Source of the DNA: Rhynchopus sp. YZ270_cl-10
Taxonomy: Eukaryota
Direction of reading: 5' to 3'
Length of the DNA stretch: 64,000 nt
NCBI GenBank assembly: GCA_964035575.1
Contig: OZ037833.1
Location: 2,480,001 to 2,544,000, forward strand
Each line of letters opens with the position of its first letter. Within the stretch, counting starts at the first letter, position 1. A model generated the notes under the pieces. It searched no databases. It had not been told where the DNA came from and saw nothing but the letters and a program-made list of their open reading frames with translations. Both the position numbers and the translations under genes were made by a program. Positions 35,772-46,500 of the stretch are shown piece after piece.

Positions 35772-36377
35772 AATATTTCTTGGGCATGTTTTTAACCTAA
35801 CACGGATACTTAGCTTACTCTACCCTCTGCACACAACGGAGTTGTCATCCTCTTCGAAGCGTGCAACACTTTCAAGTTTCGTTTTTTCTCCTCTCAGATG
35901 CCCTGTTGAATCTTTCAAATTGTTCTTTTCTTGGTGTGGACATTGCACAGTATCATTTTCCCACCCCATGGTGACTAATCGCGAGAGGCGTAGGTTCATC
36001 TTACCAATCATTTGTGTTCCACGGGAGTCATATAACCCTTATCAGTTACACTCTCTCTGCTGTAGTGTGCATCAGAGAGCGAGCTTTCATTTTTTTTTTT
36101 TTTGGGGAAAGTTTCCTTTTTTCTTTTCCTACCAACCCATTTTCTACCCTATTCCCAACACCTTCTCCCCTCACCACTACCCTTCCCAATCCCTAGTGCG
36201 GAGTAAACAAAAAGACAATTTCCCCTCAATTTGCAACTATTCCCTCTGCGCCCACCGTAGCCTTCTCTACCCTGCATCCTCTCACACACACACGAACACT
36301 ACAAAAAATAACCACACATGGTCACAGGTATTATCACAAAAGAAGAAAATAATATAATAGACAAGAAAGGAAGCAGA

Positions 36378-38672
36378 ATGCGTGTGTCTGCAGTGCTCCT
36401 GGCAGCAAGCTGCCTTGCTGTGTCCTCGGTGGAGGGCGCGTGGACGTGCGACCAGTCGTACTTCAACGCAAAGGACGGGTGTGACTGCAACTGTGGGGAC
36501 TGGGACCCGGACTGCGACGTTGCGAACCAGAAGCTGTACTGCGAGGGCAGCGCGGACTCGCAGGACCGCGTGTGCAACAAGGACACGCTGGTGTGCGAGG
36601 CGCCGTCGTCGGGCCCGGCCTTCACCTGCACAGCTTCGTACTACAACGCAAAGGACGGCTGCGACTGCGAGTGTGGCGCATGGGACCCCGACTGCGACGT
36701 GGCCGGACAGGCCCTGTACTGCGGGGAGGTGAAGGACACGCTTGGGCGGACGTGCAACAAGGACACGATGATGTGCGAGACTGGGTCGACCCCTCCCTCG
36801 GGACAGCTCTTCGCACTGCGCCAGACAGAGAACCTGGCTGCACACACGACGGCGCGGTTCTACACGACTGCAGGGTACACACCGTCGGACGAGCTGGTGC
36901 TGCGCCGTGGGCAGACGTTTGAGGTGGAGCTGGTCGGGGCGGCGCCTGCGTCGTTCGCAGCGGCACTCGGGGGTGTGGCACTGACGGCGACAGCAACAAG
37001 CGCAACGGTGTGGGCTGTGGCTGTGCCTGCGACGGCGGACGTCGGACGGTTCACACTGACGCTGAACGGCGAGAGCTACGGAACGGTGGCTGTGCTCTTC
37101 AACCCGTACAAGGCGGCGGACACGCAGACCTACGTGGCAGATGCTGCGGAGCGTGCGGAGTACCTGGAGAACGAGAACGGACGCTACTGGTACGGTGACG
37201 TGTACTCTGCGTCTCTGGGGCAGGGTGCAGGGTCGTCTGCATGGGCGTTTGCGCAGTACGACGTGCTGAACTACGTGATGGAGCTGGTGTCGCGCATGCC
37301 GTCGTCTGTGGACAGGTCGAGCGTCATTGAGGTGTCGCGTGCGATGACGTACCTGCTGAACTCGGGTGTGTCACAGGGTGTGCTTGCGGGACGCTGGGAC
37401 GGGAACTACGCCGACGGCACGTCCCCGACTGTGTGGACCGGGTCGCGCGAAATCATGAAGCAGTGGAAGGACGGGGGCTACGCGTCTGTGAAGTACGGAC
37501 AGTGCTGGGTGTTTGCGTGCCTGCTGACAACGACGATGCGCACCCTGGGAGTTGCGGCACGCCCGATCACGAACTTCCGCAGTGCTCACGAGTCGAAGCC
37601 GTTCGACTTCTACATTGACGAGCGCACGTCCGACTCGATCTGGAACTTCCACGCCTGGGTCGACGCGAAGATGTCGCGCCCGGACATCTCGTCTGCAGCG
37701 GTGCAGTGGAACGCCATTGACGCGACCCCGCAGGAGTACTCGGGCGGGAAGTACCAGATGGGGCCTGCGTCCCTCCCGCAGATGGCGGACAACGTGGCGC
37801 ACGGGTCGAGCTACGACCAGACCTTTGTGGTGTCTGAGACAAACGGGATTGTGCTGCGCAACGGGCAGGAGATCTTCGAGGACGTCGGGCGCTACATCTC
37901 GACGAAGCGCCCTGGCTGCACTGGGTCCGGCCACACCTGCCGCATGGACATCACCGATCAGTACAAGAAGCACGACAGCCCGCTGACCACTGAGCGCGAG
38001 GCCGCTGCCCTCGGGAAGGGAAGCCGCATGACGTCGCGCCGCTACGAGGACCTGGCGGGGTTCGCCCTCAAGGCGGGGAGCCTTGCTGCCGGGGGCGACG
38101 TGCAGTTCCACGCCGTGTCGACTGAGGGCGTTAAGCTGAACGGCGGACGCGGAGGTGCGCAGGCTGTCTTCGTGGTGGAGGCTGTGTCCTACACCGGGGT
38201 GAAGATTGCGGACCTCGACGTCGCCCTTGCGGTTGTGTCGCCGAACGGGAAGTCTGCGTCGATTGTTGTGCCCGAGGCTGTGTACGCGCCCTTCCTTGCG
38301 AAGACAAACACACTGCGCGTCACACTTGAGGTGCGCAACATGATTGGGATGGTCATGTACTCGCACACAAACAAGTTTGAGCTTGCGACCCCGAACCCTG
38401 TGGCGACACTCCTCAAGGACGGCACTGCGACTGTGACCTTCACCAACCCGCTCGCCACCCCGCTCACACACAGCTTCGTGCACTACTCCACACCGTCGAG
38501 GGACGAGAGCCACAAGATGGGTACCATCGCAGCCCACGCAACGAAGACCATTGTTGTGCCGACAGTACGCTGGTGCAACCGTGACAAGGGGATGCAGAAG
38601 GAGGTTGTGCTCTCCTTCACGTCGAACGAGCTTGAGGGCAACATGCACACCGACCTTGTGATCCAGTGTTGA
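36378..38672 (+). CDS. Secreted transglutaminase (Factor XIIIa/TGM-type) with two N-terminal Cys-rich repeats
   Basis: Signal peptide MRVSAVLLAASCLAVSSVEG; two repeats (W/F)TC..SY.NAKDGCDC.CG.WDPDC; LVLRRGQTF, LFNPY, GVLAGRWDGNYADGTSP; catalytic Cys in YGQCWVFA, His in WNFHAW, Asp in IDATPQE; C-terminal barrel VTFTNPL. Confidence 0.93.
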   Translation: MRVSAVLLAASCLAVSSVEGAWTCDQSYFNAKDGCDCNCGDWDPDCDVANQKLYCEGSADSQDRVCNKDTLVCEAPSSGPAFTCTASYYNAKDGCDCECGAWDPDCDVAGQALYCGEVKDTLGRTCNKDTMMCETGSTPPSGQLFALRQTENLAAHTTARFYTTAGYTPSDELVLRRGQTFEVELVGAAPASFAAALGGVALTATATSATVWAVAVPATADVGRFTLTLNGESYGTVAVLFNPYKAADTQTYVADAAERAEYLENENGRYWYGDVYSASLGQGAGSSAWAFAQYDVLNYVMELVSRMPSSVDRSSVIEVSRAMTYLLNSGVSQGVLAGRWDGNYADGTSPTVWTGSREIMKQWKDGGYASVKYGQCWVFACLLTTTMRTLGVAARPITNFRSAHESKPFDFYIDERTSDSIWNFHAWVDAKMSRPDISSAAVQWNAIDATPQEYSGGKYQMGPASLPQMADNVAHGSSYDQTFVVSETNGIVLRNGQEIFEDVGRYISTKRPGCTGSGHTCRMDITDQYKKHDSPLTTEREAAALGKGSRMTSRRYEDLAGFALKAGSLAAGGDVQFHAVSTEGVKLNGGRGGAQAVFVVEAVSYTGVKIADLDVALAVVSPNGKSASIVVPEAVYAPFLAKTNTLRVTLEVRNMIGMVMYSHTNKFELATPNPVATLLKDGTATVTFTNPLATPLTHSFVHYSTPSRDESHKMGTIAAHATKTIVVPTVRWCNRDKGMQKEVVLSFTSNELEGNMHTDLVIQC

Positions 38673-40013
38673 TGTTGATATTGATGTTGATGATTAATCC
38701 ATCCGTATCGATACCCATATTCCCTTCGTCCCTCCTGCCACATTTTTGGGTTGGATGTTGGGTGTTAGCATTTTTTTCATTTTTTTTTTTTTCATTTCAT
38801 TTTAGCATTTTTCCTCCTTCGTGCCTCGGATATGTGTGATGCGAATGTTGTGCCAAATGATGATTCTACGAGAACGAGAAAAGGTGGCATATTTTTACAT
38901 CTTTTTTTTAAAACTGTTTTCTTTGCTCATTTGAGTCCCTTCAAAAATCACACCCCCCTCCGATGCCGACGGTTATCATAGTTTTCTATTTCCCATCTCC
39001 AATTTTATTTTTTCCCCTTCGCTTTTAGCTGTGCTTGCTCATACCTTGTCACACACAGGGGGGGTGTACGAGGAGCTGTTGCAGGCGCATTTCGTCCCTC
39101 TGCAGCCCTCGTACCCCCATTTTTTTCCCTGTGTACGACATCATATCCTAACAGCAAAAACCGTTCCCCTTTTTTTACCTTTCTCTTCTTTGAAGAAGGA
39201 AGCCAAAGAAACAAAGCAAAAACATCTGCTCTTTTGGTTTTCCTTTTTTTGGTGGTCACATTTTTCTTTGAAGTTGCAAGGCTCCGCATTCGGAGGATAT
39301 TTTTATGCAAACATACTAAGTGTTCCGTCCGAACGGAGAGAGCTGCAAAAAAGGAAGAAAAAAAAAATAGTCTGTAGACCTTCTGTTGGTGCTTTCCATG
39401 GAAGAAACGGCTCTCTTTTTTTGCTTTTTTTTTTGCGAGATTTTGTCGGGTTTGTTCCCACACCTTTGCAGAAGAAAGAATACAAAGTGACTCTTCACAC
39501 CATTATTTTATCTTTTTTTTATGTTATTTTCTACCTTTTAGACAGCCACAGTACTTTGTGGTACATAGTTTCACTCCCAGTTTTTTGGTATTGTTTGCAC
39601 CTTTGGCCTCTGTCTTCCTCCATTTAGTCGTGGAAAAACGAAGAAAAACAAACAGAGCGTTAAATGCGATGCAGCAAACCCTTGAGGGGAGCGAAAACAA
39701 AACAACATGTAAGTGCACCCCCGTGAATGGGATCAATGTGGCTGTCTTTTCCCTTTTCCCTTTCCCTACCCCACCGCAGCCACAAAGGTGACTATCGCAC
39801 TGTGATAGCACTGACCTTTTCGCCTCCCGGTTTTGCTCTAAGCAGGACATAGGTTAGGCGGCAAGATGTGTGCACACCAAATACGCCCTCTCTATAGTTC
39901 ACAAAGGGGGAATCTGATCATGAATCCAAAAAAAAGCGGAAAAATATGCTTTGTCAAAACACAGTCAGATCTTCATAACACATCAGCCCCCTGCAGACCA
40001 CACAAAGTATATT

Positions 40014-40720
40014 ATGGGACTCTCAGACTGGTTCTCCTCCGCGGAAGCGCCCAAGCCCGTGGAGACCCCCACAGAGAAGAAGACGCCCAGCTGCAAGATC
40101 TGCTGTGCCTGCCCGAACACGAGAGGCGACCGTGATGACTGCATCATCAGGAATGGGCAGGAGAATTGCACTGAGTTGATCGAGGTATGCACAACACCCC
40201 CCTCCTCTTTATTTTGGTGGCTAAGTATAAATTTTTCTATTTTTTTGATAAAACAACTTGTTGTCAATTCTAAAAAGATTGGAGGCAGCGCTGCAGGGCA
40301 AACAAAACGGATTGAAAAAAACAGAAGCTTGCTTGTTTTCTTTGAGTACTCAATTAACCACAACAACCGTACTTCAGTTTAACACATTTTTTCACCTTTT
40401 TGTTTTCCCGGCTTTGAGCGCACAAACAAAAGACCCGATCTTTTTTTTCCAACTCTTTTTTTTTAAAATGGAAACTACGAAAAAATGGATTGTAGCACTG
40501 CATAGTAGCCGGTTCAGCCGCTCATACCAAGGTACATTGTAACGAGAGGTGGCGTGGCTGACGACCCCAAAATAGCAGAAAATAGCACCCCCTTTCAACA
40601 CCAAGAGGGCTTTGTATTTCAAGTCAACTTTTTTTTCTCCAACAGGCGCACTACACATGTCTGCTCGGCGAAGGGTTTTCGCAGGAGCAAATCGATTCTC
40701 TCCGCAAGCGTTCGCAGTGA
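40014..40720 (+). CDS. COX17: Cytochrome c oxidase copper chaperone Cox17; exons 40014-40184, 40646-40720
   Basis: CKICCACPNTRGDRDDCII...CTELIE|AHYTCLLGEGF gives CC plus twin CX9C. A 461-nt GTATGC...AACAG intron supplies the last Cys; exon 2 is missing from the ORF track. Confidence 0.93.
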
Positions 40721-41487
40721 GAAGAAAGAAAAAAAAAGGCAGAGGAAAAAAAAAAGGTCGCGACTTACACTTCCTTGTTTCTTGTGTTTCTTTTTCCCCC
40801 TTTCTGCATCTCGCGCTGTTTTGATACCTACCCCCCCTAGCTTCCCTCGGCCCCTCGCCCCTCTGTCTTCAAAATTTTACCCGGGGAAAAAAAAAAACTG
40901 ATTTTTTTTTGGACCAAAAAAAATTCACAAAATTGTATTGGGCTATCTGATGATGCTATTTCCTTTTTTTGTGAGATGTATTTTTTGTGTCTTTTTTATT
41001 CTCTATATGGTTCACTTAAGGCCACTAAAGGGGGATGAACCCCACTATCACACTTTTTCCCCCACTGTCTTGCGTCCGCTGATGAACGGTGAGGCGTTTT
41101 GCACTTTTCAACTTCTCTTTTTCTTTTTTGTGTGAAATGGTGGTAGAGTCTCACCCTTTAGACTGTCCCCTAAAATAACCATTCAAACAAGACAACAACA
41201 CAGCCGCAACAAGCACTGTAGACTAAGAATTGTACCCCACACCCCACCCCACCTCTTTTACCTACTCTGAGATGTAAACCACGAAATGGCGAAAAATGTA
41301 TTGCAGAACAGCAATGGTGTTATGGGTCTATTCTGGTTCACGCACCTAATGCACATAGTCATGAGAGAGATCATATTTTTGCAAAGTCTTTGTGAGGTGA
41401 GAAACACCTTCTTGACCTTTTTTTCAACTTCCATCTCCCCCTTTCATATCTCTACAGAAATTGTTTAGTTTCGTTTTGCTTTTTTTG

Positions 41488-43167
41488 ATGTCTCCGTCGT
41501 ATCCTTTACTAGAATGGACTGTAGAGGAGGTGGTGGAGGAGATCCGTACAAGGTCCTGGGCGACGGAGAGCTTTCTGAACACTTTGGCAGACCACGAAAT
41601 CGATGGCGCAGCGTTTGCTGAGTTGACCAAGGAGGATTTGAAGGAGGAGTTTGGGATCCGCGAGCTGGGGAGGGTCAAGAGGGTGCTTCGAGAGGTGGCG
41701 CAGTTGTGTGGCGACTATGTGCCACACCCTCCGTTAGACATGCACGACGCTCAAGACAGCGATATATGCTCGGAAGACCTTTACCCAGATCAAAACATAC
41801 CACCGTCACCGTTGGCTGCACATAAACCGTCACATCCACCAGTTCATCCTCCTGCGGTACCGAAGAAGGGAGTGCAAGCTGGAAAGACACGGCCACACAG
41901 TGCATTAACCTTTCATGAATGCAAAGAGGTGCGTAGAGTGCCCCAACGACCGTCATCTGCTCATGGTCGTTGTGGGTTTGATATAGGTATTTTGGAGACA
42001 GAGCGGAGATACGCAGAGCTCGCTGCAATCTTTTATGGTTGGGTAAAGTGTTATGCCACAGAATCCCTGCGTCTCGGCGAGGTGCTTGCTGCATTATCAA
42101 TATACTTCAGCTGGGATGACGAAGAGAAGGAGCGGAAGGTGGCAGAAGTGGGCGCCTTTTTCACGAAATTTGCGAAGCAGAAACAAGACTTAAAACAGTT
42201 TGGCCCGCAAACGGAGCTTGGAGTGGAGCGGTTTATTGATGTGTTTGGTGTGCTTACCGAAGGTACATTTCCTGCAGAGTTTGACGATTTAGTGATCTTT
42301 CTGAAGAGCTGTATCGAACGGACTTCAAAGCTCCAGGAAAACTGTCGTCGTGAACGTCTCGTTAACGAACTCTTTTTGAAATGGGATTATGATAGTTCCG
42401 GGAAGATTTCGGAAGGCGAGTATATGGCAGTTATTCGCCAGTTTATGGAGGTTACTCGCGAATTGGATGCAGATGAAGACGGACGACACGGATTCTCTTT
42501 AGAGTCTCATGACATCGATGGGGATGGTAGTCTTGACGTAGCTGAGTTCACTACCCTTATTCTTGAGGTCTGGAACGTCGCCTCTGTTCGCGCGAAGGAA
42601 TTCGATTTGAAATACTTCCGACTAACCTGTGTTGTCGACAATATGATTCTGGCGCATCTCCACCGTGTTGGCTGCATCACCAGCGAAGGGCTTTTACAGA
42701 TCAGCAAGGCCGTAGCGTGCTCTACCCCTGTAGTCTTATATGGTCAAGGATCGGATCCTTCGCGGGCAGTGGAGGAGGCAGCGTTTGCTGAAAATGCGAC
42801 AGTGATGCCTGTCTTAGTAACACGACCTGAAGCAGAGAAGGAAGCGGTTCAGACGCTACTAAGGTCAGGCCTAGGGCGTGGCAGATGGGTGTACGTCGTG
42901 ATAGGGCATGCGTACGACGCAGATGCTTTGCTTCGAGACATAGGAAGGTGCATGCAAACAACCAATACCTGGATGATACATCCAAAGTCGCGTCTGCTCA
43001 TCTCTTATCCGCAGAAAACCACGGCAAACCTGCCATGTATCCTTTCCCTCCGTTCCATTCAAGTTAGTGTGACAAAGTTTGACATCGAAAGTGTTCTGTT
43101 ACAAATAAAAGCCTCAGGAGGACAGTGGATTCCAGAAAGCGAGAGGCTGGGGTGTATAAGTCCTTGA
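41488..43167 (+). CDS. SAM domain + EF-hand protein with C-terminal dynein AAA6-like domain
   Basis: SAM: WTVEEVVE...EIDGAAFAELTKEDLKEEFGIRELGRVKRVL. EF-hands DYDSSGKISEGE and DIDGDGSLDVAE. The C-terminus aligns with dynein AAA6 (see findings). First ATG at 41488. Confidence 0.8.
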   Translation: MSPSYPLLEWTVEEVVEEIRTRSWATESFLNTLADHEIDGAAFAELTKEDLKEEFGIRELGRVKRVLREVAQLCGDYVPHPPLDMHDAQDSDICSEDLYPDQNIPPSPLAAHKPSHPPVHPPAVPKKGVQAGKTRPHSALTFHECKEVRRVPQRPSSAHGRCGFDIGILETERRYAELAAIFYGWVKCYATESLRLGEVLAALSIYFSWDDEEKERKVAEVGAFFTKFAKQKQDLKQFGPQTELGVERFIDVFGVLTEGTFPAEFDDLVIFLKSCIERTSKLQENCRRERLVNELFLKWDYDSSGKISEGEYMAVIRQFMEVTRELDADEDGRHGFSLESHDIDGDGSLDVAEFTTLILEVWNVASVRAKEFDLKYFRLTCVVDNMILAHLHRVGCITSEGLLQISKAVACSTPVVLYGQGSDPSRAVEEAAFAENATVMPVLVTRPEAEKEAVQTLLRSGLGRGRWVYVVIGHAYDADALLRDIGRCMQTTNTWMIHPKSRLLISYPQKTTANLPCILSLRSIQVSVTKFDIESVLLQIKASGGQWIPESERLGCISP

Positions 43168-43509
43168 GGAGTAGGAGGAGGAGGAGGGGAGGTGGGGGAA
43201 AAATATGGTGGGGGTAGCAACAATGGGAAATTCTTCCGTTTTTTTCAATTGTTGGAGGGGGGGTAGATTTTTGTTAGTAATCCCGTTTTTGCAGCGTGCT
43301 GTGTGGGATGATTTATGTTATGAAGTGAGTCTGCTTCTATTTACACATTTTGTGTCCAGTTCACAGAAAAATGTCAGTAGGGGAGAGCTCGTTTTTGTAC
43401 ATCCTTCCCACCCTTTTGCACAGTACATAGCTTTGTATGTGTCCTGCATCTTCTCCTCTCCCTTCCACCCTTCCCCAACAGATAACCCTGACTATATTTT
43501 GCAGACACA

Positions 43510-46500
43510 ATGCTGCGGTGTGTTGCGCTTGTGGCGGTGCTCAGTCTCGGACACGTGGCTGGAGATGCCAACACTGCATCTCAGTCTCAGCACCCAGCAA
43601 AGGTGTCTCGTGAGTTCGTCAGTGCAGAGAAGAACATCACGAACGAACACACACAGGCACATTCTTCGGAGAAGTTCGTCAGCGAAGAGAAGTTGTCTGA
43701 GGCAAAGGTGTCGCAGGAATACTCTGAGCAGAAGAACGTGACCGCGGAGCTCTCGGAGGAGAAGGTTTCAGTGGAGCAGTCTGAGCCGAAGTATATCAGC
43801 GAGGAGAAGAACGCAACAAGGGCAGTGTCTGAGGCAAAGCTTTCGGAGGAGCACTCAGAGGCCAGAGTCAGTGCAGAGGAGATCGTCACAACCGAACTGT
43901 CGCAGTCAAAGGTGACTGAGGAGCAGTCTGAGCCCAAGTACACCAGTGAGGAAAAGAACATGACCGGCGATCTGTCTGAGGCAAAGGTTTCGGAGCAGAA
44001 GTCTGGGGAGAAGTCTGTCACTGCAGAGAAGACCGCTACCGGAGAAGTGTCGCAGGCAAAGGTTTCTGAGGAGCAGTCTGAGCCCAAGATTGTGAGTGAG
44101 GAGAAGGCCGTGACGCAGGGTCTCTCGCAGGAAAAAGTGACTGAGGAACACTCTTCGCCAAAGTACACCAGCGAGGAGAAGAACGCGACCGCGGCGCTGT
44201 CTGAGGAACATGTTTCGGAGGAGGTGTCGGAGCCGAAGTACACCAGTGAGGAGAAATACATCACCAGCGAGCTTTCGCAGGCACGTGCGTCTGAGGAGCA
44301 GTCTGAACCCAAGGTCACGCACGAGCTTTCGCAGGCAAAGGTGACTGAGGAACACTCCGAGCTGAAGTACACCAGCGAGGAGAAGAACGCGACCACGGCA
44401 CTGTCTGAGGAACATGTTTCAGATGAGGTGTCGGAGGCAAAGTACACCAGCGAGGAGAAATACATCACCAGCGAGCTTTCGCAGACACGTGCGTCTGAGG
44501 AGCAGTCTGAGCCCAAGTACACCAGCGAGGAGAAGAACGCGACAGAGGAAGTGTCTGAGGCAAAGGTTTCGGAGCCTAAGTCTGGAGAGAAGTCTGCTAC
44601 CGGTGAGGCACAGGTGACTGAGGAGCAGTCTGAAGCGAAGTACACCAGCGAGGACAAGGACGCAACAATGGCATTGTCTGAGGCAAAGGTTTCGCAGGAG
44701 CAGACACAGTCTCAGCAGAAGCTCAGCAGCGAAGAGAAGAATGTTGCGGCCGAGCTGTCTGAGGCAAAGGTCACTGAGGAGCTGTCTGAGGCAAAGTACA
44801 TGAGTGAAGAAAAGAACGCGACCACGGCGCTGTCTGAGGAACATGTTTCGGAGGAGCAGTCTGAGCCGAAGTACACCAGCGAGGAGAAATACATCACCAG
44901 CGAGCTTTCGCAGGCACGTGCGTCTGAGGAGCAGTCTGAGCCCAAGATTGTGAGTGAGGAGAAGGCGGTGACGCAGGGTCTCTCACAGGCAAAAGTGACT
45001 GAGGAACACTCCGAGCTGAAGTACACCAGTGAGGAGAAGAACGTGATTGCGGCACTGTCTGAGGAACATGTTTCGGAAGAGCAGTCTGAGCCGAAGTACA
45101 CCAGCGAGGAGAAATACATCACCAGCGAGCTTTCGCAGGCACGTGCGTCTGAGGAGCACTCTGAGCCGAAGTACGTGAGTGAGGAGAAGAACGCGACAGA
45201 GGAAGTGTCTGAGGCAAAGGTTTCGCAGGAGCGGTCACAGTCTCAGCAGAAGCTCAGCAGCGAAGAGAAGAATGTTGCGGCCGAGCTGTCTGAGGCAAAG
45301 GTCACTGAGGAGCAGTCTGAGCCAAAGTACATCAGTGAGGATAAGGACGCAACACTGGCATTGACTGAGTCAAAGGTTACGGAAGAGGTGTCTGACGGGG
45401 AGAAGGACGTGACGACGGCACAGTCGGAGGAAAAGCTTGCGGAAGAGGCGTCTGAGCCGAAGTACGTCAGCGAATCGAAGAACATCACGAAGGAACTGTC
45501 GCAGGCACAGGTGACAGAAGAGCAGTCTGAGCCGAAGGTCACGAACGAGCTCTCTGAGGCAAAGTATACGGAGGAGCAGTCTGAGGTGAAGGCCATCAGC
45601 GATGAGGAGAAGCACACGACCACATCTGAGCAATCGGAGTCCGTGTCTGAGGTGAAGGCGACGTCGCTTTGCACCGGACGTGTGGGGACCTGGGACGAGG
45701 AGGTTGCGACGTACTGCTGCTTGGAGGAGGGTCTGGGCTGTGACGCAGTGCCGTCCTTTTCGTGCAAACACGCGGATGTGACTGAGACTGCAGAGTGGAG
45801 CGAGGAGAGACGTGAGTTCTGCTGCGAGACTGGCGTTGTGTGTGGCGACGATGCCTTTGACTGCACGTGGAATGCACAGACTGCGGAGCCGTGGGGCAGG
45901 GCGCACGTTGCATGGTGCTGCGAGAACAAGGGTGTGCGGTGCGCTGACATGCAGGCCTCGGTGCAGGAGGACCGCTGCCTTGCCCTTGAGGAAACAGCGT
46001 CATCTGCTGCGTCTGTGCCTGCGTTGGCTGAGTGCTGTGCGGACTACGGCATTGGCTGCAGTGCACGCTTCGACTGCTTCGACGGGACGAACGTGACGCA
46101 GTGGGAGGCGACGAAGCGCACGTGGTGCTGCCGTGAGAAGGACGTTGCGTGCAGTGTGCGGTGCAGCGCAAAGGCAGCCCTGAGCCCTGCGGCAGTGGAC
46201 TACTGCTGCGCCACGAAGGGTGTGTCGTGCTCTGCTCAGTGGGTTGAGGAGCAGCGCATCCTTGACGACGATGCCGAGGACACAGAGACCGCTGCAGGCA
46301 CGGTGCTTGAGGAGCTCCGCCTCAAGGTGGAGGGCTTCAGTGCAGAGGACGTGCTGCAGGATCCGAAGAAGACGCTTGCGAAGGTGCGCCAGGCGCTGCT
46401 CCGCCTCTCCCCGACACTCCGCTCCGAAAACCTTCTTGTCCGCCAGATCGGTGCTCTGATGGCCAACGCGACTGTGCCGCCTGCTGACAAGTGGGACTCC

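Noticed and set aside
35448..35800. MYHVPCT and WYMVHGT repeat ORFs
   Set aside because: Translations of the 7-bp satellite.
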